A stretch of 64,000 bases of DNA from Bacteroidota bacterium. Lineage in GTDB: Bacteria; Bacteroidota; Ignavibacteria; UBA10030. Position 1 is the first letter of the stretch. Every line of letters begins with the position of its first letter. Shown here piece by piece: positions 40,207 to 49,742 of the stretch. The translations under genes and the position numbers were made by a program. The DNA lies in the NCBI GenBank assembly GCA_049523215.1, contig JBEKNC010000006.1, positions 21,105-85,104 of the forward strand. Reading direction: 5' to 3'. The notes below the pieces were generated by a model. It worked only from the letters and a program-made list of their open reading frames with translations. It did no database searches and was not told the DNA's origin.

Positions 40207-42537
40207 ATGATTCAATCAGGCAATCACCCAATGGCTCAATCACGCCTCTCTGCCTGGCTGTTCGATGTGTATCCGTCTGAACGCGGCGTTACACTCTGGT
40301 TCATCGGCCGGAACGGTGTACGGCTGCGCTGCTTCCGAAAATTCACGCCCTCGTTCTTTCTTCACCTGAACAATTTCGACGCCAAGCGTGCGGCGGTTCT
40401 TGCCAATCAGTGCCCTATTCCAATATCACTTGTACCAACCACCCGTACGGAAATTTATTCCGGCGATTCCATCGACGTGCTGCAAGTCTTTGTTCATGAT
40501 CCGATGCGGTTCAAGAAAGTTGTATGGTACTTCGAGAAATTTTTTCCACACTTTGCATTTTTTAATTCCGATGTTTCCGTGGAACAGCAATTTCTGTATG
40601 AAACACAGCTGTTTCCGCTGGCACTTGGCGAGTATGAGGTCAGCAAGGAAGAAGAACTTCTCTCCTGGCATCTCAATGACAACCGTGAAGCGCCGGAATA
40701 TGAGCTGCCGCCGTTTTCCATTATGCAGCTTCGCAACAGTCCCGACTTTGTCGGGATGCCGCCGAAGTACCAAAAGTTTCTGCAATTAGAGATCAGTTAC
40801 GACAGCCGGACATATGCTTTAGAACAAAATTCGCCGCGCGAACTGCTCGAAGCGTTCAACTGGCATCTGCATCACTGCGATCCCGACTTGCTCGTTACCG
40901 ATTACGGCGATGCTGTTCTTCTTCCGAAGATTCTGCAGCTTTCCAAACAGTTCAACATTCCTTTGCTTCTCAATCGAGACACTGAGGCACAGCACCGCAC
41001 GACGAAGGAATCAAGTTTCTTTCAGTACGGAAAGATTGTCCACAAAGACGGCGCATTCACGCTCGCCGGGCGCTGGCATGTCGATGCGAACAATTCTTTT
41101 ACCGTGAGCGAAGCCGATCTTGACGGATTATTCGAGATGACACGTCTGACACAAATGTGCGGACAGCGGCAGGGACGCGCGAGCATCGGCACATCGATGT
41201 CATCGATGCAGCTTTCGTGGGCTTACCGCAACAATGTTCTTATTCCGTCGAAGAAGCGCGAACCGGAGGAGTTCAAGTCAGCTGCAACACTGCTGCTTGC
41301 CGACCGCGGTGGACTTATTTTTAACCCTCCGCTTGGCTATCACGAAGATGTTGCTGAACTCGATTTCGTCTCGATGTACCCAAACATTATGGTCAACAAC
41401 AATGTCTCGCCGGAAACGATCAACTGTCGATGCTGTAAAAATGAAGTTGTTCCGGAACTCGGTTACACAATCTGCGAAAAGCGGAGAGGCGTTGTGCCGG
41501 AGACACTTCGCGCTGTTGTCGCCAAACGTGCGTACTACAAACGGAAGAAAAAAGAATTCAAGGGAAAAGATGAAGCGCTTTTTAAACGGTACGATTGCCA
41601 GCAAAGTGCGCTCAAGTGGATGCTGGTAAGCTGTTTCGGATATCTCGGCTACAAGAATGCGCGCTTCGGCCGCATCGAAGCGCACGAATCAGTCAATGCC
41701 TTTTCGCGGGACGCCATTCTCACTGCAAAAGAAATTGCCGAGAGCCGCGGCTACAAGCTTCTCCACGCTATCATCGATTGTGTGTGGCTGAAAAAGCCGG
41801 GCGCGACACAGAACGATTACGAAGAGCTTACGCGTGAAATCTCCACACGTGTCGGTATTGATATTTCGCTGGAAGGCATGTACAACTGGATTCTTTTCCC
41901 TGCTTCCAAAACTGATCCGTATATCGCTACAGCAAATCACTATGTGGGATGGTACCGGCATGGTGACATCAAAATGCGCGGCATTGAAGCGCGCCAGCGT
42001 GATACGCCGAAGTTCATCAAGAACATGCAGAAAGCAATGCTGGATAAAATGTCCGCCGCAAAGAATGTCGAGGAAGTATCGGCACTCGTGCCGGAGATGT
42101 TGGAGATCGCACGCGACTTCATTGCAATTCTTCAAAGCGGCCGCGCAAACCCGATGGAGCTTGTTCTCAAACGCCACATCACGCATGAGGCCGATGAATA
42201 TCTCAATAACAGCATCAGCGCGGTTGTCTCAAAGATGGTAGAAGAAATGGGAGTACATCTCTCAGCAGGCGAGTCGATCGAGTTCATTATTCTCGATCAA
42301 TCCGGCAAGAAAAAGCCTGAAAAAGCTAAACCTGTTGCGTTGTACGCATTCGAGGATGGCTACGATATTGAGCAGTATACCGAGCTTGCCTTGCGGGCAG
42401 TGGAAACGCTTCTCCTTCCTTTCGGCTACGATGTACAGCGGTTGAAAGCACATTTTAAAATCGGCATACCAAAACAAAAGCGCCTGCAGGTACCCCAAAA
42501 AAGTCAGGAACTCCCGTTGTTCCGAATCCAGGTCTAA
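40207..42537 (+). CDS. Family B DNA polymerase (Pol II-like) with apparently degenerate 3'-5' exonuclease motifs
   Basis: Motif A DFVSMYPNIM. Motif B KWMLVSCFGYLGY. Motif C region HAIIDCVWL. Pol II-like N-terminus AWLFDVYPSERGVTLWFIGRNG. Expected Exo I (F/V)D(I/V)E(T) position is occupied by FSIMQL. Alternative start ATG 40231. Confidence 0.75.
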   Translation: MIQSGNHPMAQSRLSAWLFDVYPSERGVTLWFIGRNGVRLRCFRKFTPSFFLHLNNFDAKRAAVLANQCPIPISLVPTTRTEIYSGDSIDVLQVFVHDPMRFKKVVWYFEKFFPHFAFFNSDVSVEQQFLYETQLFPLALGEYEVSKEEELLSWHLNDNREAPEYELPPFSIMQLRNSPDFVGMPPKYQKFLQLEISYDSRTYALEQNSPRELLEAFNWHLHHCDPDLLVTDYGDAVLLPKILQLSKQFNIPLLLNRDTEAQHRTTKESSFFQYGKIVHKDGAFTLAGRWHVDANNSFTVSEADLDGLFEMTRLTQMCGQRQGRASIGTSMSSMQLSWAYRNNVLIPSKKREPEEFKSAATLLLADRGGLIFNPPLGYHEDVAELDFVSMYPNIMVNNNVSPETINCRCCKNEVVPELGYTICEKRRGVVPETLRAVVAKRAYYKRKKKEFKGKDEALFKRYDCQQSALKWMLVSCFGYLGYKNARFGRIEAHESVNAFSRDAILTAKEIAESRGYKLLHAIIDCVWLKKPGATQNDYEELTREISTRVGIDISLEGMYNWILFPASKTDPYIATANHYVGWYRHGDIKMRGIEARQRDTPKFIKNMQKAMLDKMSAAKNVEEVSALVPEMLEIARDFIAILQSGRANPMELVLKRHITHEADEYLNNSISAVVSKMVEEMGVHLSAGESIEFIILDQSGKKKPEKAKPVALYAFEDGYDIEQYTELALRAVETLLLPFGYDVQRLKAHFKIGIPKQKRLQVPQKSQELPLFRIQV

Positions 42538-42697
42538 TTTCGAGAAGATATTCTGTTTTGCTGAGATGATTATGCAAAACAAGATTTGAATTTCAGATGA
42601 TCTCAGATTATCTTCCAGTGTGGTATGTTGTACGACGTTAAGACTTCAAATGCTGTCTATGGTGTTTGAGGTCATTTCAAAAACTAAAGGTGACTTC

Positions 42698-44116
42698 ATG
42701 AAAAATTTTATTGTGTTTCTTTCCGCAGCTCTTGTACTTGCGCCTTTTCTCTTTGCAGATGCACATGCTGTCAAAGAAGATACGACGCTGTCCCGATCGC
42801 AAAAAATGCCGGAGAATACTGCCAACAGCATCGACAGAAATGCACCCGTTTTTTCTCGTGATAAGAATGTCCAAGATTCGGATACACTCAATGTGAATGG
42901 TGTTGCAGGATATGAAGATACAATACTAACGGAAACAAAAAGTTACCGGGAAACGCGTAAGAATTTTTCGCAATCAAGTCGAACTTTTGATGTATTATGG
43001 CGAAGCGAGCAAACCAATTGGGATAATTTTATTTTTCGGTATAACCGCGTGGAAAGTCTTTTCCTCGGCCTCGGTACGGGAAAGAAATTCTATTGGGATG
43101 GTGAAAAAGTCTGGAATGCGTACGGCAGCATCGGTTGGGGATTTAAATCGCACACGTGGCGCAGCAATTTGGGATTAGTGCGGCAGTTTGCGCTTCTTTC
43201 CGATGAAGGATCGGGAATTATTGAACTGGGAGCAGAAGGATATACTCTTACCGACACGAAAGACCAATGGATTATTTCACAAAACGAAAATACAGCGTCA
43301 GCCTTAGTGATTCATGAAGATTTTCGTAATTACTTTGAGCGCAAAGGTTTCACGATCCATACAGCGTACTATTTGAAGCATGATTATTGGAAGGGTGAAT
43401 TGACGCTGGCATATCTGGCGGATTCTTACGATTCTCTTACTAACAAAGTCGATTGGGCATTATTGGGCGGTAGGAAGAAGTTTCGTGCGAATCCTGCCAT
43501 TGATCCGGGCAAGATGCGCAGCGTGATGCTGAGCGGCGGAATCAGTACTGTGACAAAAACAAGCCGGGCACAAGAAGGATGGTGTTTGTTTGGGTCCGCC
43601 GAGTTTGCTAAAAAGAACTTGGGAAGCGAATTTGAGTTCTATCAATATATCTTCGATATACGGCGTTTCCAACCATTGGGACGATATGAGAATTTTAATG
43701 TGCGTGTACGCGTAGGCACTGCAACCGGTGTGCTCCCGCCTCAGAAAGAATACGAGTTAGGCGGATTGGGAACGATGAATGCATTTCCCTTCAAGTCAGA
43801 CATTGGCAACCGGATGATGCTCGTTAATATGGAATTCATTTTAAGCGGCAGTATTATGGATGATTTGAACTTTTGGCCGACATGGATTTTTCAGTATGTG
43901 AATATCATCCTCACCTCGGATGCCGGATTCACACGTTCCGTTCTTCCGTGTGCTAGTGCGACCCAGGCATTCGGCGGAATGAAATTGAACGAATTTCAGC
44001 ACAACTTTGGCGTAGCATTAGGAAACCGGATCGGCTCCTACAGGATTGGATTTGCATGGCGAACAGATCGACCAGCCCCGGTACAATTTCTTCTCAGGTT
44101 TAACAGGCCATTCTAA
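42698..44116 (+). CDS. Hypothetical secreted protein, probably an outer-membrane β-barrel (C-terminal ...RFNRPF)
   Basis: Signal peptide MKNFIVFLSAALVLAPFLFADAHA after the RBS aaagg. Terminal Phe. β-rich composition. Confidence 0.5.
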   Translation: MKNFIVFLSAALVLAPFLFADAHAVKEDTTLSRSQKMPENTANSIDRNAPVFSRDKNVQDSDTLNVNGVAGYEDTILTETKSYRETRKNFSQSSRTFDVLWRSEQTNWDNFIFRYNRVESLFLGLGTGKKFYWDGEKVWNAYGSIGWGFKSHTWRSNLGLVRQFALLSDEGSGIIELGAEGYTLTDTKDQWIISQNENTASALVIHEDFRNYFERKGFTIHTAYYLKHDYWKGELTLAYLADSYDSLTNKVDWALLGGRKKFRANPAIDPGKMRSVMLSGGISTVTKTSRAQEGWCLFGSAEFAKKNLGSEFEFYQYIFDIRRFQPLGRYENFNVRVRVGTATGVLPPQKEYELGGLGTMNAFPFKSDIGNRMMLVNMEFILSGSIMDDLNFWPTWIFQYVNIILTSDAGFTRSVLPCASATQAFGGMKLNEFQHNFGVALGNRIGSYRIGFAWRTDRPAPVQFLLRFNRPF

Positions 44117-44191
44117 AAAGATAACCGTCCTACATTTTTCTGCTAAAGGTAGAGCGTAGCGAATTGTTCAATAATTATGTGATTTTTTACT

Positions 44192-44208
44192 TGCATAATT
44201 ATTCAGAT
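44192..44208. promoter_or_regulatory. ARG-box-like operator (TGCATAATTATTCA) upstream of argC
   Basis: One mismatch to the TGAAT-wwww-ATTCA core. argR is encoded in the same cluster. Confidence 0.4.
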
Positions 44209-44265
44209 TATTGTATATTCATACAAGTAACAAGAGCAAGAAACTGAAAGGAAAACACTCAACCG

Positions 44266-45282
44266 ATGATATCTGTTTCTGTGGTTGGCGCGTCAGGATA
44301 CTCCGGCGCTGAACTTATAAAACTTCTCATCAAGCATCCCGGTGTGCGGATCGATAAGCTCTTCGCGCATACTTCGGCAGGGAAAAAGCTTGCCGATATC
44401 ATGCCGTCGTTCAACAAAACGCTGGATGTTGTTCTTGAATCGTACTCCGTTGAGTCTATCGCCAAGAGCGATCTGATTTTTATTGCTTTGCCGTCTGGTG
44501 AGGCGATGAATCTTGTCCCGGGCATGCTGTCGGCAGGAAAAAGAGTGATCGATCTCGGCGGCGACTTCCGCTTGCAAGATACTTCACTCTATGAGCGATA
44601 TTACAAACGTACTCACTCGGCAAGCACGATATTGAAACAAGCGGTGTACGGTTTACCTGAATGGAATTTTAATCAAATCAAGTCGGCTGCTCTCATTGCG
44701 AATCCCGGTTGTTACCCGACAAGCGCCATTCTTCCGCTTGCTCCATTGTTGAAGGAAGGTATTATTGAATCGAAAGGAATTGCCGTGAGTTCGCTCTCAG
44801 GTGTCTCCGGCGCTGGAAAGAGTACGGCTGTCGATATGTCGTTTGCGGAAGTGAACGAATCGGTTCGAGCATATAAAGTTGGTGTACATCAGCATCTTCC
44901 GGAAATTCGTACTGTTTTAAAGATGCTCTCGGGCGCACTACCTTCGCTCTCATTTGTGCCGCACCTTCTTCCGATAACGCGCGGCATCTATACGACCATC
45001 TATGCGACGTTGTTGAAACAGCTTGATGACCAAGCGATACTTACTATCTATGAAAAGTATTATGGGAAAGCGCCGTTCGTTCGTTACTCGGCATCAGCAA
45101 TTCCAGAAATAAAAAATGTTAATTATACAAATTTTATCGATATCGGATTCCGTGTTAATCAAGAAGACGGGCAGATCGTCGTTCTTTCCGCTATCGATAA
45201 CTTGATCAAAGGTGCGGCGGGACAGGCAGTACAAAATATGAATATCATGTTTGGATTTGGTGAAACAGAAGGATTGAGGTAA
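44266..45282 (+). CDS. argC: N-acetyl-γ-glutamyl-phosphate reductase
   Basis: MISVSVVGASGYSGAELIKLL. Catalytic Cys region NPGCYPT. Confidence 0.9.
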   Translation: MISVSVVGASGYSGAELIKLLIKHPGVRIDKLFAHTSAGKKLADIMPSFNKTLDVVLESYSVESIAKSDLIFIALPSGEAMNLVPGMLSAGKRVIDLGGDFRLQDTSLYERYYKRTHSASTILKQAVYGLPEWNFNQIKSAALIANPGCYPTSAILPLAPLLKEGIIESKGIAVSSLSGVSGAGKSTAVDMSFAEVNESVRAYKVGVHQHLPEIRTVLKMLSGALPSLSFVPHLLPITRGIYTTIYATLLKQLDDQAILTIYEKYYGKAPFVRYSASAIPEIKNVNYTNFIDIGFRVNQEDGQIVVLSAIDNLIKGAAGQAVQNMNIMFGFGETEGLR

Positions 45283-46499
45283 TGGGACTTGAAACAATTC
45301 AGGAATGTGACGGCGGTGTGACTGCTGCTCAAGGATTCTTTGCTGGCGGATTGTCCTGTGGTATACGAAAAGTAAAAAAAGATATCGCACTTGTTCAATC
45401 GACAAAACCCGCACTTACTGCCGGTGTGTTCACGCTGAACAAAGTTATGGCAGCGCCGTTGCTGGTGGATAAGTTACAGCTTCAGAAGTCAAACCTGTGT
45501 TCTGCCATTGTTGTGAATAGCGGCAATGCCAATGCATGCACAGGTGAGCAGGGAATGAAGGATGCATGGACGATGGTCGATATGACGGCGAACGCTCTTC
45601 ATCTACCGCGTGAGCAAGTGCTTGTCTCTTCCACTGGAGTGATCGGACAATATCTCCCAATAGAAAAAGTCACAGAAGGAATTCGTGAGCTTTCCACCAA
45701 CCTCTCAACGGATGGAAATAAAGATGCCGCTGAAGCGATCATGACAACAGATCTATTTTCAAAAGAATGTGCTGTTCGTTTCACATGCGGTTCATCTGTT
45801 GTGACAATAGGCGGAATGGCAAAAGGTTCCGGAATGATTGCGCCGAACATGGCTACGATGCTGGCATTTGTCACGACTGATGCTGTCATTGCACCTTCAG
45901 CTCTGCAAGCGGCTCTGAATGCTGCGAACAGTCATTCTTTCAACTGTATTTCTGTCGATGGGGATATGAGCACGAATGATATGGTGCTCGTGCTTGCCAA
46001 TGGTTTGGCAAAGAATGAAGAGATTCGGCAAAACACTCCTGCATTCCAGCAATTTCTAACTGCATTGGAATATGTTCTCGTCAAACTTGCCAAAATGATT
46101 GTACGTGACGGTGAAGGTGCGACAAAGTTCGTGGAAATTATCGTCCAAGGTGCTCGAAGCGAAGAAGAAGCAATGCAAGCGGCGCGCTCAGTGGCAAATT
46201 CTAATTTGGTAAAAACTGCACTTCACGGTGCGGATGCAAATTGGGGACGTATTCTTGCCGCTGTCGGGTACTCCGGCATTGAATTTAATCCGGCGAATGT
46301 ATCGATCAGTTTTAACGGCTTGCCGGTCTTCAAACCGAATTACGAAATTGTCCTCGATGAAATGAAAGCAAAAGCGGCCCTATTACAAGAAAACATCACT
46401 GTATTGATCGACCTGAATCAGGGTTCCGCTGAAGCGCACTTCTGGACATGCGATCTGTCAAAAGAATATGTGGATATTAATGCGAGTTATAGATCATAA
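45282..46499 (+). CDS. argJ: Bifunctional glutamate N-acetyltransferase / amino-acid acetyltransferase
   Basis: ATMLAFVTTDA autoprocessing Thr region. ArgJ length and pattern. Confidence 0.9.
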   Translation: MGLETIQECDGGVTAAQGFFAGGLSCGIRKVKKDIALVQSTKPALTAGVFTLNKVMAAPLLVDKLQLQKSNLCSAIVVNSGNANACTGEQGMKDAWTMVDMTANALHLPREQVLVSSTGVIGQYLPIEKVTEGIRELSTNLSTDGNKDAAEAIMTTDLFSKECAVRFTCGSSVVTIGGMAKGSGMIAPNMATMLAFVTTDAVIAPSALQAALNAANSHSFNCISVDGDMSTNDMVLVLANGLAKNEEIRQNTPAFQQFLTALEYVLVKLAKMIVRDGEGATKFVEIIVQGARSEEEAMQAARSVANSNLVKTALHGADANWGRILAAVGYSGIEFNPANVSISFNGLPVFKPNYEIVLDEMKAKAALLQENITVLIDLNQGSAEAHFWTCDLSKEYVDINASYRS

Positions 46500-46592
46500 A
46501 GATGCAGAATTTTGAAGATGGAATGTAGAACATAAAAATTAGCTGTTAATGCTAAAAACTCAGAACTCTTAACTGATTACTGAAAAAATAAT

Positions 46593-47441
46593 ATGATCGA
46601 TACTCAAACAAAAGAAGAAGTTCTCATTAAGGCATTACCGTACATTCAAACGTACGAAGGCAAAACATTCGTCATCAAGTACGGCGGCGCGGCAATGAGA
46701 GATGAACGTCTGAAGGTGACATTCGCTCAGGATGTAACGATTCTGCGAAAGATAGGCATCAATATTATCATTGTGCATGGCGGAGGAAAAGATATTACCG
46801 ATCTTGCAGCTGCACTGAATATTGAATCGCGATTTGTTGATGGTCAACGTTATACCGATGAACAAATGGTGGATGTGGTGCTGATGGTGCTTGCAGGAAA
46901 GTTGAATAAAGAAATAGTGAATCTTATTAATTCGAACGGCGGGAATGCGATTGGATTGTGCGGTGTGGACAACGGATTGCTCAAGGCAAAGCGGAATTCA
47001 GAAAAAGATCTTGGTTTGGTGGGAGAAGTAAATTTTGTGAACGTAACTTTTCTCAACTTACTTCTCAATAATGGAATGATGCCGGTGATCGCCCCACTTG
47101 CTGTAGGAGAGGACGGTAAAATTCTTAACATTAATGCCGATCTCGCAGCCGGTGCCATTGCAGCGGAATTGAAAGCAGAAAAATTAGTGTACCTGAGCGA
47201 TATTGAAGGTGTGCTCGTGGATCAGAAGCTTATTTCATCGCTCACGCATTCGGAAGCGGAATCGCTTGTCGAACGTGGTGCTATTCACGGTGGAATGATT
47301 CCAAAAGTACGCTCGGCGTTCGCAACACTCAATCGCGGTGTTCGAAAGGTTCACATCATCGACGGGCGCATCAAGCATTCACTGCTGCTTGAAATTTTTA
47401 CCGACGAAGGAATTGGAACCCAAATGATACACGAATCATAG
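46593..47441 (+). CDS. argB: Acetylglutamate kinase
   Basis: FVIKYGGAAM, IIVHGGG. Amino-acid kinase family. Confidence 0.9.
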   Translation: MIDTQTKEEVLIKALPYIQTYEGKTFVIKYGGAAMRDERLKVTFAQDVTILRKIGINIIIVHGGGKDITDLAAALNIESRFVDGQRYTDEQMVDVVLMVLAGKLNKEIVNLINSNGGNAIGLCGVDNGLLKAKRNSEKDLGLVGEVNFVNVTFLNLLLNNGMMPVIAPLAVGEDGKILNINADLAAGAIAAELKAEKLVYLSDIEGVLVDQKLISSLTHSEAESLVERGAIHGGMIPKVRSAFATLNRGVRKVHIIDGRIKHSLLLEIFTDEGIGTQMIHES

Positions 47442-47452
47442 GGAACACGCAT

Positions 47453-47908
47453 ATGGAAAAACAGCGACGCCATCTGGCAATCAAACAAATCATTGCCAAC
47501 CGCACCATTAACACACAAAGCGAGTTGGCATCGGCCATGCGGAAAGAAGGATTTAAAACAACTCAGGCGACGCTCTCGCGTGATATGAAGGAGCTCGGTA
47601 TTGCATGGGTGTACACCCCGAGCGGTGCAAAGTACATGCTCAATCCGGAACAGGAAGAAGAACGGCTGACAACGCTCATCGGTATGGAAGTCGAAAACAT
47701 TGAAGCGAATGAGACCGTGGTAGTTGTCAAAACACTTCCTGGTCGTGCACAAGGTGTTGCAGAAATTATTGACCATCTTCGGTTGCCGTCTGTGCTTGGC
47801 ACACTTGCCGGCGATAATACAGTGTTCATTTTGCCGCGTTCAATCAAGAGGATCAAAGCAACTATTCAAGCACTGCGCGATGTGCTCGCAAAGACAAAAC
47901 AACGATAA
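47453..47908 (+). CDS. argR: Arginine repressor
   Basis: N-terminal winged-helix QSELASAMRKEGFKTTQATLSRDMKELGI. C-terminal oligomerisation domain. Confidence 0.85.
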   Translation: MEKQRRHLAIKQIIANRTINTQSELASAMRKEGFKTTQATLSRDMKELGIAWVYTPSGAKYMLNPEQEEERLTTLIGMEVENIEANETVVVVKTLPGRAQGVAEIIDHLRLPSVLGTLAGDNTVFILPRSIKRIKATIQALRDVLAKTKQR

Positions 47909-47947
47909 CCGTTTTTACCACGCACGGTTTCAGAGGAATATACTTTC

Positions 47948-48286
47948 ATGGTTGTTCGTACTATTGACATTGCGCATCCGCCGCTGAAGTCTGATGATGC
48001 TGAACAATTGTTGGAAAATGAATTGCGAAGCGCCCGCTTGTCAAAAGAACGACGTGTGTTGAAAGTGATCCATGGTTACGGTAGTCATGAACGGCCCGGC
48101 GTGTTAAAGGAAATCGTTCGCAATTGGACGTATCGAAACCGTGCGAAGCTGCTAGCAGTTATTCCTGGAGAAGAGTATCACATGTTTGATGCGAAGACGA
48201 TCGAAATGCGGAAGGCGTGCGGACAGATGTCCGATCCCGATCTCGGTGCGAGCAATCCCGGTATTACATTGATTTGGATAAAATGA
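47948..48286 (+). CDS. Smr-domain protein
   Basis: VLKVIHGYGSHERPGVLKEIVRNW matches the Smr hGxG...l...v..w pattern. Confidence 0.6.
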   Translation: MVVRTIDIAHPPLKSDDAEQLLENELRSARLSKERRVLKVIHGYGSHERPGVLKEIVRNWTYRNRAKLLAVIPGEEYHMFDAKTIEMRKACGQMSDPDLGASNPGITLIWIK

Positions 48287-48378
48287 GTTTTTGAGAAGTT
48301 GAGTCGATGGCAGTTGAGCTGAAAAACCTTTAGAAATAATTTTAATACTTGGAATAGCAGAAAATAAATCTTAGGAGA

Positions 48379-49605
48379 ATGAACGTGAAAAAGGAACGCA
48401 TTGCCGTCGCATATTCTGGCGGTCTCGATACCTCAGTCATTGTGAAATGGCTGCAGGAAAAATACAACGCCGAAATTATCACTGTCACAGGAAATCTGGG
48501 ACAGAAAAAAGAACTGATCGGCGTGAAAGAGAAAGCACTGAAGACCGGTGCGAAGAAAGCATACGTCCAGGATCTCCGCAAGGAATTTGTGGAAGAGTAC
48601 ATCTATCCTGCACTCAAAGCTGGTGCATTGTACGAATACAACTATCCGATGGCAACAGCGATAGGGCGTCCCTTGCTGGCAAAATCTTTGGTAGAAGTTG
48701 CGAAGAAAGAAGGATGCACGGCAGTTGCGCACGGTTGTACTGGAAAAGGAAACGATCAAGTCCGCTTTGAAGTCGCTGTGGCGGCGCTTGCTCCGGAGTT
48801 GAAAGTGCTGGCTCCTGTGCGCGAGTGGGAATTCAAATCGCGCGAAGAAGAGATTGCCTATTGTGAAAAGCATGGCATTCCGGTTTCTGCGACGAAGAAG
48901 AATCCATACTCCATTGATGAAAATCTCTGGGGTACTGCCATCGAGTGCGGTGTGTTGGAAGATCCGATGGTTGAGCCGCCTGCCGATGCATACCAACGTA
49001 CCGTACCACCCAATCTCGCACCGGACGAACCTACCTACGTAACGATCGAATTTAAAGAAGGTGTTCCGGTCGGATTGAATGGAAAGAAAATGTCGGGTGT
49101 TGATTTAATTAATCGTTTGAATGAACTTGGGGGCGCAAATGGCGTCGGCAGACTTGATCTTGTCGAGAACCGATTGGTCGGCATCAAATCGCGCGAGGTG
49201 TACGAAGCTCCGGCTGCAACTATTCTCCATTTTGCACACCGTGAGCTTGAGCGCCTTGTACTCGATAAAGATACCTCGCACTTCAAAGCGAAGCTTGCCG
49301 CCGATTATGCCGATATGATTTATAATGGCCTGTGGTTCACACCTTTGCGTGTTGCTATGGATGCATTTGTGAATGAGACGCAGAAAGTCGTTTCCGGTTT
49401 TGTGAAAGTAAAACTCTACAAAGGCAACATCGATATAGCCGGACGCACATCGCCCTCTTCGCTGTATGACACAAAGCTGGCAACATATACGGAAGAGGAT
49501 TCGTTCGATCACAAAGCGAGCGTCGGCTTCATCAAAATCTATGGTTTACCGGTGAAGACGTTTTATTCGGTGAACAAACAATTGCTAAAGAAAAAAAAGA
49601 AGTAA
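48379..49605 (+). CDS. argG: Argininosuccinate synthase
   Basis: [14 protein letters not shown]-loop. RBS taggaga. Confidence 0.9.
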   Translation: MNVKKERIAVAYSGGLDTSVIVKWLQEKYNAEIITVTGNLGQKKELIGVKEKALKTGAKKAYVQDLRKEFVEEYIYPALKAGALYEYNYPMATAIGRPLLAKSLVEVAKKEGCTAVAHGCTGKGNDQVRFEVAVAALAPELKVLAPVREWEFKSREEEIAYCEKHGIPVSATKKNPYSIDENLWGTAIECGVLEDPMVEPPADAYQRTVPPNLAPDEPTYVTIEFKEGVPVGLNGKKMSGVDLINRLNELGGANGVGRLDLVENRLVGIKSREVYEAPAATILHFAHRELERLVLDKDTSHFKAKLAADYADMIYNGLWFTPLRVAMDAFVNETQKVVSGFVKVKLYKGNIDIAGRTSPSSLYDTKLATYTEEDSFDHKASVGFIKIYGLPVKTFYSVNKQLLKKKKK

Positions 49606-49742
49606 CCCAAGAAGTAAATTTTTACTATCAAAAAGCCATTCCATGTTATAGGATAGCTTTTCTATTTTGGGTTTGTGCTTGAATTTCATCTTATTTCTTG
49701 ATTGATTGATACCAGTCATTTATATCTATATCAGGAATTCTC

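Noticed and set aside
41689-42186. 165-aa minus-strand ORF inside polB, and other antisense ORFs in polB
   Set aside because: They are antisense to the polymerase. Cys/His/Arg-rich compositions are typical of artefacts.
35596-42537. Interpretation of the island as a pipolin/casposon-type self-synthesising element
   Set aside because: Those elements encode protein-primed or primer-independent PolB with intact exonuclease, plus integrases or Cas1 and terminal repeats. None of these is present here, and the PolB is Pol II-like.
48433-48996. 187-aa antisense ORF in argG, and a similar one in argH (52370-52903)
   Set aside because: They overlap conserved biosynthetic genes on the opposite strand and have no motifs.
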